A stretch of 63,548 bases of DNA, counting the filler, from Dicyema japonicum (taxonomy: Eukaryota; Animalia; Dicyemida): NCBI GenBank assembly GCA_011109175.1. It is 6 parts of 6 records of this genome, joined end to end, with 100 filler letters (N's around TTAATTAATTAA, not from the genome) between each part and the next. Parts side by side here need not be neighbours in the genome. Positions count along the whole stretch, not along the records: positions 23,876 to 27,551 come from RDEW01000028.1; positions 27,652 to 33,657 come from RDEW01000040.1; positions 33,758 to 61,496 come from RDEW01000019.1; 3 more parts are not named here. One strand, given 5' to 3'. Below are positions 24,340 to 35,940 of this stretch, one piece after another. Every line of letters begins with the position of its first letter. Position 1 is the stretch's first letter. The translations under genes and the position numbers were made by a program. The notes beneath the pieces were generated by a model. That model did not search any database and had not been told where the DNA came from. It saw only the letters and a list, made by a program, of their open reading frames with translations.

Positions 24340-25120
24340 GAAATGGCAACAGATGAAATGACATTATTATTAAATAGAATATTATGAATATAAATCATTA
24401 ATAATATTTGATGGTATATAAAGTCCAAAGCAGTTGATTGTTTTGTTTGCACATAATTGTGTTATATAAAAGTGTATTAGAAACAATACTATAACACCTA
24501 GAAATAGATAAAACCTCCAAAGTATTAATTAAGTTTTGACATATGAAAGGTATAACTTTTTGTGATAGAGAATAAGAGTCAGAGGTTCTACTGCCACTAA
24601 AATAAATAAAACGATTGTCGGATAAACAGGTTCTACTGCCACTAAGATTAAGAAACATAACAGAATGTGATATTAATTGAGACAGTTTGGAATCCGTGAC
24701 AATCAATCATTGTCCATGATAAACTTATGAAATTAAACTAAAATTATTATTACATTATTTTTCTAGATAACATATTGATGCAATCCCCTTTGATGTTAGT
24801 CCTTTCACTGATGATAAATCAATTGCTTTAAGATTTGGATTTAAACTTAAATATTCACATATTGAATCAGAAATAATATTCCTACAAAGACAAACTTCAA
24901 TAAGTTGGTGACATTTACTTAATAAATTATCAAGATTACTTTCAGACATACAAATACAACTAACATTAAGATATACAAGTTGACAGTCATCAAATATATT
25001 ATCTAATCATTAAGTAAAACAACAACCACACACTTTAGCTGATGTTAAATCTAATATTTTAATTTTTCTATTAATTAATGTACTCAAACTAGATCCCCAA
25101 AATAACATTTACTACCATTT
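24340..25120 (-). CDS. SKP2: SKP2-like leucine-rich-repeat protein (F-box exons not resolved)
   Basis: LDNLLSKCHQL..ISDSICEYLSLNPNLKAIDLS, LNLSGSRTCL, LSISRCYSIVSNTLL resemble SKP2 LNLSGYRKNL and LSLSRCYDIIPETLL as recalled; ~27-30-nt introns. Confidence 0.6.
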
Positions 25121-26199
25121 ACTCTTACCCACAATGATGAATTACATTTAATTTTATTACAAAAACACACGAAGCTCTTCTCCAACTACGGCTTACTAGA
25201 CTACAACACAATAATGATTTTATTGGTAGATATTTAAAAACACATGTGATAATATCTGATGACAACATTTCCAACGGATTTAATATTATTTATATTATAA
25301 CCACACATTAGTCTTATTTTAAGTAATTATTTTTAAATTTATAATTAATATAATTTATAATATCAGTTTCTTCTCTACAACTCACCTTACCTGTATATCA
25401 AGTTCCATTTGAAATTCAAATCAAGACATCCAAAAGGCTTTTGACTCAATCCTGAGAAAGTTAATGACAAAAAATATCTACGCATCAGATATCACAAGCA
25501 AACCCAAAAATGGATTCTGTGTTTTTTGTTGCTTAAGAACTTGACTCTGTGACGACCTACAATGACTCAAATCACCAGGACTCAAGGGGTGGAGAAAATT
25601 ACCTACGAATGCCGTCTCATCATCGTATATGAGTGTTTTGCTATTATCCCGCGTCTGTTTGGATGACCATCGACCACTTCTGACCAGTTGTTCAAACCTA
25701 GATCCCGTTGGTTATGTCCTGTCAGACATCCTAGAAGCGTTTTATGGCCTGATAAATCCCTTCTTTTAAATGAAAAGTTTACATTGAAATAGTTTTAGAA
25801 GATATGACACTTCTCTTAGAGACATCTGTGAGGAGTGCATGTATCCGTATGGGGAAAATAGTATGATTTTAAGAAAAATAATATTTATAAAAAAACTTCT
25901 AATCGGCCAAGTTCAAATATGATGAGAATCGTGTCTTTCAAAAAATGGAATATAAATGCTCTCAAGCGAGATATGGGGGGGTCTAGTAGACCCTTTTATA
26001 GCTTGTCTTGTGATCTTTATTCTAATGAAAATTTAGTGTCCGTTCTCATTGTTTTTCAGAGTAGAAATATAGTTCTACTTTTCTTAGTCAAGAAAAACCA
26101 TTCCTCACATCCAAAAATAAAACTTGGAATAATTATCTCATGAAATAGATATGTTTCCTAAATGACGGGTAGCTTTTTAATAAATTGAAGGTCTTGGAG

Positions 26200-26790
26200 A
26201 TCTTTATTTTCATTCACTTTGATGTCTTCCATATATATTCCACCAAGGTCAATTTGTACTCCTAAATAACCTAGTTGAAGTATGCACGTTCTTTACCCGA
26301 AGTATGTATGAAAATATTTAATGGTATTGGGCTCACCGATGAACCCTATGGGACCGCCTGATAGGTGAGTCCTCACTGGAGGGATTTCCTTAACTTTAAA
26401 AAGACTCGTTTCCAGTAAAGAAATTTTTATTCCAACTAAATAGATACTTCAGAACATCCCCTCAGGCTGAGATAGAAGGGCTTCATGCCAAACACTGTTA
26501 AATGTCTTGGAAATATCCAGACATAGTAGGATAAGCAGCCTTCTGGACAATTGAATTAAGCAGGAATAAACAATCCCCACGGGACCATCATGGACGAAAG
26601 CCCCATTGGTGCCGAGGAGCAAGAAATTAGTTTCTTCAAATTGCCGAAACAAACGTTTAAAGATAATACTCTCGATTATCTTCGAAATAGAGCATCCAAG
26701 ACTGATTGGTTTATAGTTCAGTGACTCCCTCATCGATTTCACAAGGTTACAGACAATCCACAATATAGACCTCCTTTATAATTATTATCA
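26200..26790 (-). mobile_element. Decayed LINE RT fragment
   Basis: YKPISL..SKIIESII, CLDISKTFNSVWH. Confidence 0.7.
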
Positions 26791-27099
26791 TTAAAAAGCA
26801 CTCCCGAGAAAACATAAAATTAATCTCCTTGTGTTTCGTATTCCGAATCATCCTCTCCGTCAGCCTCACCATGATCTTCTGTTGCGCGCTAGTTCTTTTA
26901 GGTCATCCGCAAAAGTTAGTCTCAGACCAACCGCCGATAGGTCTTCGTTTAAGATAGTCGGAAGTGTCGTTCTTGGTCTTACACGGAATCCGGCTCCTGT
27001 GTGCGCGAAGTAGTTGTCAATTGGACATTTGTGGGGACCTGGTAATTTAGACGTCAAATCCCATATTATTCGACTAAAACCTACAAAAATTATCATAAA

Positions 27100-27551
27100 A
27101 TTGTTTTAAAAAACCATTCATGCGAGGAGACTTAAATAAAATTCAATTATCGCAAAATCTGGTAAGTTTCTTTTATCCGAAGAAGATTTTTCCCCACTAA
27201 CTGTTTTGAAAAACAATTCATGCCTCTTCTTGAACCTGTCAAGCCATCCATTTGACACTTTGAATTGGGTAAAATTTATTTTTTGAAATTTTTTTCGCAA
27301 TCCCTTTATTGTGGTTCCAGAAAGTGGAAAATAATTTTCTCATAGGCGGTGAAAAGAACTGTACATTAGGTCATCTAATAAATATCATTGATTTGAGTAC
27401 TTTGAATTCAAAAAATTCAGTTTCATAATCTTGAACTGATCCCGCATTCAGAAACGAAATAATATTTTTCTTTATTCGCAAAATGGTACCTAACACATAC
27501 AGAATTAAAGATGGACCTTTGATACTTTTATATTTCTTGACTAGTTCTCTC
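27100..27551 (-). mobile_element. pogo/Tigger N-terminal (CENP-B HTH) fragment
   Basis: FKVSNGWLDRFKKRHEL..VSGE. Confidence 0.75.
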
Positions 27552-27651
27552 NNNNNNNNNNNNNNNNNNNNNNNNNNNNNNNNNNNNNNNNNNNNTTAAT
27601 TAATTAANNNNNNNNNNNNNNNNNNNNNNNNNNNNNNNNNNNNNNNNNNNN

Positions 27652-28410
27652 CAATACAATTGGCAAATGAAATATTATTTATATTGAAATAATCGTTTAA
27701 TATCGTGAACATATCAATTGCTCGAGTAGTAGTTAAAAGAGGCTTACAAAACAAGAATTGTTCTGTAATTTTCCCAGAATAAACAAATCGTATATATGCC
27801 AACAAATGTGCCATTCCCGAAATATCCGTGGATTCGTCAAGTTGTAATGAAAAACGAGCTTCTTTAATAGAAAATGAGACACTATTTTCAATATTCTCCG
27901 ACAAAGCACAAATCCGACGAGAAACAGTGTTATCTGACAAAGGTATCTTCATTATTTTTTGTTCATATTTATGACCAAACATATTCCGAGCAATAATACG
28001 ACAAGCAGGGATTATCCAGTTTTCGCCAATAGTGTGAGGTTTTAGTTGTTTTGCTATCAATTCTGAGATCAGGTATGAACATTTTAATGATTCCTTTGTG
28101 TTTACAAAAGTTTCACTGAACATCATTTGACTAGATCTACGATACATAGTAAAAACTAAATAATACTTGTATTGTTTTTTCAAATGGATAAAATAATCCA
28201 CAGATTTTTCCGAATAGTCCGGATGCTTGGAAGTAAAATGTCTCTTTAGTTTGCTAGGAACCATAGCATCATTTGCCAAGACTTCCATGCAAATTAGACA
28301 TTGAGGTAGTTTATTTTTATCATTGCATATAAATCCAAATGACAAATAAGAATCTTTATAAGAACGACGAACTGATTTACCCATAAGCACGTTGATGTGC
28401 ACGTTATTAA
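27652..28410 (-). mobile_element. Buster transposase N-terminal half, same family as 8222-11420
   Basis: YLSFGF..PQCLICMEVLANDAMVPSKLKRH, KPHTIGE, FSLQLDESTD. Confidence 0.9.
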
Positions 28411-28454
28411 AAAATTAATAAATAATGGTTAACCAATGTAAATGTCATTTAATA

Positions 28455-29680
28455 TGTCGCGTACTACGCTGGCGACCATACCTAGCTGGCGACCAGGGTG
28501 ACCTTCATAGCTGACAGGGTTAACAGGATGACCTACATAGTTTGACACTAATTACTGATTAAAGATAAATGCTAAGAATTCAAAAAACTTAACATTTTTT
28601 AACTCTATTCATAGTAACTCTATCTTGGTTTCATTTCGTAATTCGATCTAAATGTTAGGAAAGACAACTAACCATTAATCTGTTATTAGACATTATATTT
28701 TTTACTTTGTCTAAAAATTGTTTCCAATTTTTAGTTCCTTTTTTATCCATTAGTTTTGCCATACCCCGTGTCAATGTTTGATTAAAGCGCTCAATTACAC
28801 CCTAATTTATTTCAAATTTATAAACTTGTGACTGGGGATGGTTTGGTCTTCCATAAATATGCTTGATTTTATTTTTTCGCATAGTTGATCCATAAGTTGA
28901 TTTTTGAATTCCAATCCGCTGTCCGTTTGTAAAATTTGACAATATCCAATTTGAGTAAAAATTTTTTTTAATTTATTTCCAACTTCTACAAGTAAATATT
29001 AGGTTTTACCAAAAGCAGATTTATTTTTTAAAGATTTACAGACTACGAATTTGCTGTAGATGTCAATGATGGTTAATATCCAATTATATCCCTCGTTAAA
29101 ATCTTTACATCTTCTAACATCAATAAGATCCGCCTGGAATCTTTCATGTGGACTTCTTGCCGTTACATGGTAATTAGAATCGGATACCTAAGTATATTTA
29201 TTCAAAAATACTTTTAATGGCCCAGCAAATTTACAAATTTCGCAGTCTTTTATAATTTGTTCGATGATAGGGCGTTTCACAGTAAAATAAAATTCACTGT
29301 GGACTTCTTGCCGTTACATGGTAATTAGAATCGGATACCTAAGTATATTTATTCAAAAATACTTTTAATGGCCCAGCAAATTTACAAATTTCGCAGTCTT
29401 TTATAATTTGTTCGATGATAGGGCGTTTCACAGTAAAATAAAATTCACTGCACTTCTTATGAAGCTTTAGTATCCTCCATTGGCATTCTTGGTGAATAGG
29501 GAATGCCAGTGTCCTCATCTCCGTTTCATTGTCCAAGCAGATAACCAATTTGTGTTTTTGGTTATTATCGTCCTTTAGATAGAGACTATGAATTAGGAAT
29601 AGCAAATATACCGATCATCAATTATCATAATTTTTTTTTACGATTGAAAATTTATTATAAAAAAACAATTATTTTTCAAT
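28455..29680 (-). mobile_element. Ginger2/TDD-like integrase transposon with four micro-introns
   Basis: TGTCGCG terminus at 28455; spliced product CEIC..PLK|VSD..PHERFQADLIDV, LTIIDIYSKF, ILQTDSGLEFKN, HPQSQ|GVIERFNQTL. Confidence 0.8.
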
Positions 29681-29699
29681 TTAGAAATATTCCTTCTGA

Positions 29700-30140
29700 A
29701 GGAAACCCAGGGAATTAGGATTCCCCAGTGGCTGCACCGCGGATAGCAAACGAGTTACCTCGCAAGATTGCTATCGATACCCTCTGGTACAGCCAGCTGG
29801 TTTCCCGGTGGTCACTGCTCTGCTTTCCAATGAGCTTCCCAATGACCGAGAGAATCCTCTTCCCCGCGGGCTCAATCATTCCACTCGTCTCCACGGCAAT
29901 TGGGACCAAGTGGTATGCGTCAGGAAGCGATGCGTACTTCCTCCGTTTGGATTCCTCGGCCCGGTGAGACGCGAAGCCAGGACACAACGCAGACTGAGTA
30001 ACTGTCCGCACAGGTTACATCCCATACGAGACACTTCCCCTCGCTGAATGGGAAGACCGTCATTCCGTTCGGCCGCTTGCCGTCTCCGCGATCAAGACCG
30101 GCGGGCTTCAGAACCGAAGGAAAGCTTGCGGCAATAAGAG
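29700..30140 (-). mobile_element. CRE-clade RLE 3' fragment
   Basis: NGRNDGLPI, VPIAVETSG, WLYQRVSIAILRGNS. Confidence 0.85.
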
Positions 30141-30149
30141 CCCGTTTGA

Positions 30150-31095
30150 TGTATTATAAATGAATTAATCAGTTGGATTGAAGTTGATCCTCAGATCACT
30201 TTGAAAGAATGTGCGGAGAAAATACGAAATAATTATTAATGTCTGTGTCTCTTACAACAGTAAAAAATTGGCTTGATGGGGAATTAATTTCTCTCAAAAC
30301 CTGTCGACGTAGCCAACGTAAATTCACTTGAAAATAAAGAAAAAAGAATACATTATTTGGATTGCTTGTTTAAAGCAAGGTCTGCTGGAAGAACTTTAAT
30401 TTGGATCGATGAATCTAATTTTAATTTATATTGTAAGAGAAAAGAAGGACGATCTAAAATAGGATCTCGTTCTTTTGTTATAACTCCGAATTCGAGAGGC
30501 TCTAACTTACATTGTATAAGTGCTATGTCTGCTTCAACATTGCTTAATTTTCAATGCAAAAGAGGTTCTTACAGAGGAGAGGATTGTAAAAAATGGATGA
30601 AAGAATTAATTAATGAATGTAGGTCTTTATCCGTACAAGATCCTACTTTTATAATTGACAATGCTCCTGTTCACAGGCAATTGGAATCAGTTGTGGAGCA
30701 GGAAGAAAATATTGAACTTTTACGATTGGCTCCATATTCGTACTTATTAAACCCGATTGAATTAGCCTGGAGTACTTTTAAAGCAGAAGTAAAAAAAATG
30801 CTAAGAGAAAAGATGTCAATAATTCTCAATTATAACAAAACTCCGGATGGTCCTTCAATTTCTGAATATAGGCTAAGAATATTGGAAGAAATTGCAGTAG
30901 ACGCAAAAAAGGTTTTAACACCACAAAAATTAATGGGATTTGTTAACCGGGTTGAAAAATATTATCCCAGAGTTACTCGTGGTGAAGACCTTTTTGATTG
31001 TTAATTTAACAAATCTTGTTTTTTCCTTGTTGTTTAAAAAAACATTTAACAAATAATCTCAGGCTTATATGCAGACAACAGTTCTTAAGTTGTAT
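30150..31095 (+). mobile_element. IS630/Tc1-superfamily transposase (DDE_3 type)
   Basis: IWIDESNFN, IIDNAPVH, LAPYSYLLNPIELAWS in ORF 30357-31004; frameshifted HTH (DPQITLKE) upstream. Confidence 0.88.
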
Positions 31096-31275
31096 AAATA
31101 ATATTTTGATAAAATGCAAATTTGAATTTCAAAATTGTAAATTTGAAATTTTCAATTGCAATTAGAAGTTTGTACTTGNNNNNNNNNNNNNNNNNNNNNN
31201 NNNNNNNNNNNNNNNNNNNNNNNNNNNNNNNNNNNNNNNNNNNNNNNNNNNNNNNNNNNNNNNNNNNNNNNNNNN

Positions 31276-32561
31276 TGTGGCGCTCCATGCAGGTTACACC
31301 AATTTTAAGCGTTACACTTTGGCCTTGAGGCATGACAGTTGACTTTGACAGGTGACGTTTCATAAAAATCAAAATCTCAATTTTAAATATCTTATTTAAG
31401 TAAGTGGTGTGTAATAAAACACTACATAATAATTGTTCAAAAATGATAATATAATTTATTATTTTATATAAAAAAGAAAAATAAATATTATAAAAATAAA
31501 AATTATTCTCCTACTTTGGTTCTAATTTGGTTCTAATCCAACCAAACCCTAACCCTATCTTGATCCTAATCCAACCAAACCCTAACCCCAACCCTATCTT
31601 CATTCTAATCTAACCACTCCCTAACCACTCCCTAACCCAACCCTATCCCAACCCTAACCATTTACTAATCCAAACCATACCCTAACCATTTCCTAACCTT
31701 GCCACTACCTTAACCGTAATTCTATCTATTAAGCTCTATTAAAAAAGTTTTTTTTGTAACCAACGAGTTAACGTTTGGCTACAACGTTCCACTTGGCCCT
31801 GGGACTGAAGAAGCCTTGGACGACTAAACTTTTGTAAAATGTTAAATTCTGTGCATAAAGAATTTACTAGTTCATTTTTGAACTCTTTCCCATTGTCAGA
31901 TTGTAAAATCTGATGAGGTCCAAAACAAAAAAAGATAGTTTTTAATGCTGAAAAAATAGCAGTTTCCTCTTTTGAGACGATAGCTTTTGCAAAACAAAAT
32001 TTGGAATATACGTCAATGATATTAAATATATATTTAAAGACATCATTGGCTTGGGACCATCGACTTAAATCCACCAAGTCCATTTGAAATCTTTTTCGAG
32101 GTAACTTTGCTTTAATGTGAATCATAGGAATTTGAGCTTTAAAGGTTGGCTAAGTGGACATGCTGTGCATTCGGAAAATACTTCACCTATAATAGACCTT
32201 TTGATAGTGAAATAATAATTGTCGCAAAATTCTTTAAGTTTATTGATTCCATAATGAGTGGTCAAGTGCTGTTTCATGCATTCTATCTTCATAGTTTGAA
32301 TGTCGTTCTGAGCAATAACTCGTTTATGAGCCTCGTCATTTGTAAAAAGTATTGAATCTTCTAACAAGAAAAGATTGGCCTTCTTAATAAATCGAAATTT
32401 TTTCATTCTGGTAAAATTTTGGTTGATGATCTTCCATTGTAGTCGAATCCTGCCAGTGTCGATTTTAATTGTGGTTAATTGACTTTAGATGTCAATATCC
32501 AAAAAAAGTCAAGGCCAAAGTGTAACGCTTAAAATTGGTGTAACCTGCATGGAGCGCGACA
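31276..32561 (-). mobile_element. Ginger2-like transposon with 53-bp TIRs and intronless integrase
   Basis: TGTGGCGCTCCATGCAGGTTACACC..GGCCTTGA (31276-31328) inverted at 32509-32561; RFQMDLVDL, IIDVYSKF, ILQSDNGKEFKN, QSQGQVER. Confidence 0.88.
31533..31715 (+). repeat. Degenerate (CCCTAA)-like telomere-motif tract inside the Ginger element
   Basis: Repeated CCCTAACC / CTAATCCAACCAAACCCTAACCC units; stop-laden if read as protein on the element strand. Confidence 0.7.
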
Positions 32562-33520
32562 ATAAATTTAGAAGATAGGTCTTATCTGTACCACCCGATG
32601 CATCAATAAAAATGATAGAACCATTTTCTTCTGCGACGACTCGGTTAATTTCTCTGTATATTTCCAACTGACCAGCGAATAAGCTATGTTCTCTTTCCTC
32701 CACAATTGTTCGNTCACCTTCGCTAACAATAAATTTAGAAGATAGGTCTTATCTGTACCACCCGGTGCATCAATAAAAATGATAGAACCATTTTCTTCTG
32801 CGATGACTCGGTTAATTTCTCTGTATATTTCCAACTGACCAGCGAATAAGCTATGTTCTCTTTCCTCCACAATTGTTCGGAGTTCTTCTAAATTATAATG
32901 CTCATCTAAACTATTTATATAATGAATATCGCTGATTTTAAAACCAAATTCACTTACACTCTTACCTACGACAGATATTAGCAATCTGTCTATCATGATT
33001 AATCCAATGTTGAAAATCTCTTCATCAAAACTCGATCTATTCTTCTCTCTTAATATATCTTCGTACATGCTTTCTCGATGACCTTCCCACAATTGCTTAG
33101 GATTTGCTAACCCACAATGGGCTAGCATCAAAGTATATCAATACCTTAGTCGTGATGGAGAATCTGCAATTGCGGCTTCTGTTAAAGTCTGATTCCAGTG
33201 ATTGTCATCCTCTAAAAGACCTAATTTAAAACAGGCTTCTCTGTATGTTTCGCAGAGTACACCATTGACAGTCCGCAGATCAGTGAATGTTTCTATAAAT
33301 TGTCTTCGCAAATTCATCTGTCCGACATAATTCAAAGTAGGCCATAAGCGTTGAATTTCTTGGATTCATAACTTGATTACGGGCAGTTTCTTCTGTAAAA
33401 TATACCCTTTGCCCATTTTCCAAGTGCACCCCTAAATGCATTACTAATGGATATCTTTCATGAATCGGATATCCGAAAATTCTCCATGCTCCGTATTCCT
33501 TCCATCGGTTATCTATTGAA
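32562..33520 (-). mobile_element. Helitron RepHel fragment (inter-domain region + PIF1 helicase motif I)
   Basis: AWRIFGYPIHER..VHLENGQRVYF, DLRTVNG..TYREAC..LGLLEDD.HW, FIDAPGGTDKTYL. Confidence 0.9.
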
Positions 33521-33756
33521 AAAATTATTTTTGAATAATAAAAAAGATTAAGAAGAGAGGCATACCGAAAATAATTTGTATCTTTACGAAAAACTTAATT
33601 AAATAGTTAATATTTCTACCAAATTCTTCTAATCTCGCTGTCAATTGGTGGTCAATTNNNNNNNNNNNNNNNNNNNNNNNNNNNNNNNNNNNNNNNNNNN
33701 NTTAATTAATTAANNNNNNNNNNNNNNNNNNNNNNNNNNNNNNNNNNNNNNNNNNN

Positions 33757-33930
33757 NGCTTGCTATGGAGACTTCCGGATCCTACTCCCCCTCTACACTA
33801 GAGTTTTTCGGACGTCTTGGAAACCGGATCACCTCATGCACTGGAGATCTCCGCGAACGCCGCTGGCTGTTTGAGCGAATTTTGGAACAATTCTGAGAGG
33901 GAACCAGTGAGGGCGGCAGCTAACTAATGT
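33757..33930 (+). mobile_element. CRE-clade 3' fragment, relative of 40590-40860
   Basis: LAMETSGSYSP..LGNRI..WLFERI..LRGN. Confidence 0.7.
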
Positions 33931-34089
33931 TTTGTCCTTATCATTTTATTAATAACACACTATTTTTCTAACAATTTAACAAAAACTTCAAGTTGATTAC
34001 AAATTCTGAATATTTCTTGCACAAAAAAAAGTTTTCTGACACCTAACCAAATCCAGCATTCTGTGATTTTGGAGTAGCGTTGTCATAAT

Positions 34090-34347
34090 TATTATTATTA
34101 ACAGCCTTTTCACGAGAACCATAATATTTATAGCTCCGCATAGACAAGACACACACTTTATTAAAGTAAAAAACAGTTTATTCTAACTAATCGTAAAACC
34201 AAGAAATGATCTTCACTTCTTTTTTTTCTTGTGCGTGGGTCTTTTTTTGACTATCCAGTTCCGCAGTGAATATCCACTGATGACGGCGTCACTCGTCAAG
34301 CCCTTTTAGCATCGTAGATAAGTGGACCCTTCCACCAGGTGAACAGC
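34090..34347 (-). mobile_element. SINE-like repeat, copy 2 (truncated within the B-box)
   Basis: Colinear with 23876-24145. Confidence 0.65.
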
Positions 34348-34528
34348 AGCGAGATTAAAAAGACTGAGGGACTCAAGACAAACTCCGTGTATCTATTGTC
34401 GCGAATTTAGAGATTCGACTGGATACAACGGTGAGAATTTTAATCTGAAATTGATTTATTATGGCAAATTTCACAAATAAAATAATCCCCTCATTGTGTT
34501 AAATAATTATTAGTTTTAGTTAATCTCC

Positions 34529-34837
34529 TCAGAACAGGTCACCGATGAGTTTAACAAACTCTAAATATTCTCCCTTAATAAGACCATCAAAATCCAGGGA
34601 GTTATCACTATCCGTGTCGTAGGTTTTTATCAGTTCTAAGCACCTCTGTTTGGTCACCGAATTCCCAAACTTTTTCTTCAACATTGTGTGCAGTTCTCCG
34701 GGAGAAATCAACCCGTTCTTGTTGGTGTCAATTAAATCAAACACATCCCTCAATCCTGTGGTAACCACAATTCTTACTTTTCCTCTTCTCATCCGAAATG
34801 TTAGATTTCTATAAACACCAAATTGTCTTACATTCAT
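34529..34837 (-). CDS. 79-aa two-EF-hand calcium-binding protein (half-calmodulin/polcalcin-like), three micro-introns
   Basis: Removing 34809-34831, 34756-34777, 34561-34584 gives MNKSNISDEKRKRLRDVFDLIDTNKNGLISPGEL..IKTYDTDSDNSLDFDEFVKLIGDLF with two canonical loops. Confidence 0.88.
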   Translation of the reverse strand: MNVRQFGVYRNLTFRMRRGKVRIVVTTGLRDVFDLIDTNKNGLISPGELHTMLKKKFGNSVTKQRCLELIKTYDTDSDNSLDFDGLIKGEYLEFVKLIGDLF

Positions 34838-35108
34838 TATTATATCGAAATTTTAAAACATTAATTTCAATAATTTATTAAAAAACAAAATTAAGAAATT
34901 TTAATATTATTAAATAGCAAATAAAAAAATAATTCTGCAGTTAGTTCTTTCAAAAAATATCATTTATTTAAAAGAAACAGTCAACCGAGGATCATACAGT
35001 AGTCGCATGACTGTATGACTATTCCCTCTCAGGATGGCGAGATTCTCTCAAATAGCTAGGAGTGCTCCAGGAAATCTCCTGTGAGTGTAGAAATCCGATT
35101 CCCTAGAT

Positions 35109-35620
35109 CAGTGTTTCTCAACCTTTTTCTATATCCCCTATGAAAAACTTTTCTCTCCTGTCAATAATTTATCGTCCCCCCTCCCTCATAANGTTTTCAT
35201 TTGGTCTTTCAAAAAATATCATTTATTTAAAAGAAACAGTCAATCGAGGATCATACAGTAGTCGCATGACTGTATGGCTATTCCCTCTCAGGATGGCGAG
35301 ATTCTCTCAAATAGCTAGGAGTGCTCCTGGAAATCTCCTGTGAGTGTAGAAATCCGATTCACTAGACCAGTGTTTCTCAATATTTTTTATATCCCCCAAT
35401 GAAAAACTTTTCTCTCCTGTCAATAATTTATCGTCCCCCCTCCCTCATAATAAATATAGAAAAAAACCGAGTTTTAAAACACAATTAAATCAACTGGATT
35501 ACTTTTATTGTTTTGCTACGTAATCAATTATTTTTTTATAAAATTAAATCAATACTACTACTCGCAAATGAATCAATATTACCTTTCTCCTCTTAAAAAT
35601 TTCGCCGCGTGGCGCTATGT
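35109..35620 (+). mobile_element. hAT/Buster non-autonomous end (locally duplicated by assembly)
   Basis: CAGTGTTTCTCAACC after CCCTAGAT (nnnTAnnn); second copy at 35368. Confidence 0.55.
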
Positions 35621-35940
35621 GATGCTGCGTGGCTAATTGGTAAAAGTTTTCTGTCTGTTGGTCTGTTCATTCTGTCTCTTCCTATTAGAGTGGCGTCATG
35701 TGATCCACCTGTCTAGGTGGCGCCCAGTGCCTGGCTGGCACCAAAAGAATCATTTGTTATCTTCCACTCCACTGGAGAGGTATCCACAACTGCAAGTATG
35801 GACGTCTTTTTCCTCTTACGTTGATTCCAGATGGACTCTGTTTCTGTAGAAGTAAAAACTGGATTCACTTAATTAGTTGTTTACTTTAACTTCTTTCTCG
35901 GTGTATCCGGGGTTAATAAATTAAATTAATTAAATTAATT
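35620..35940 (+). mobile_element. LINE 3' terminus
   Basis: 3' end TTAATTAGTTG..TTTCTCG.TG.ATCC..GGTTAATAAA shared with 45535-45595. Confidence 0.45.
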
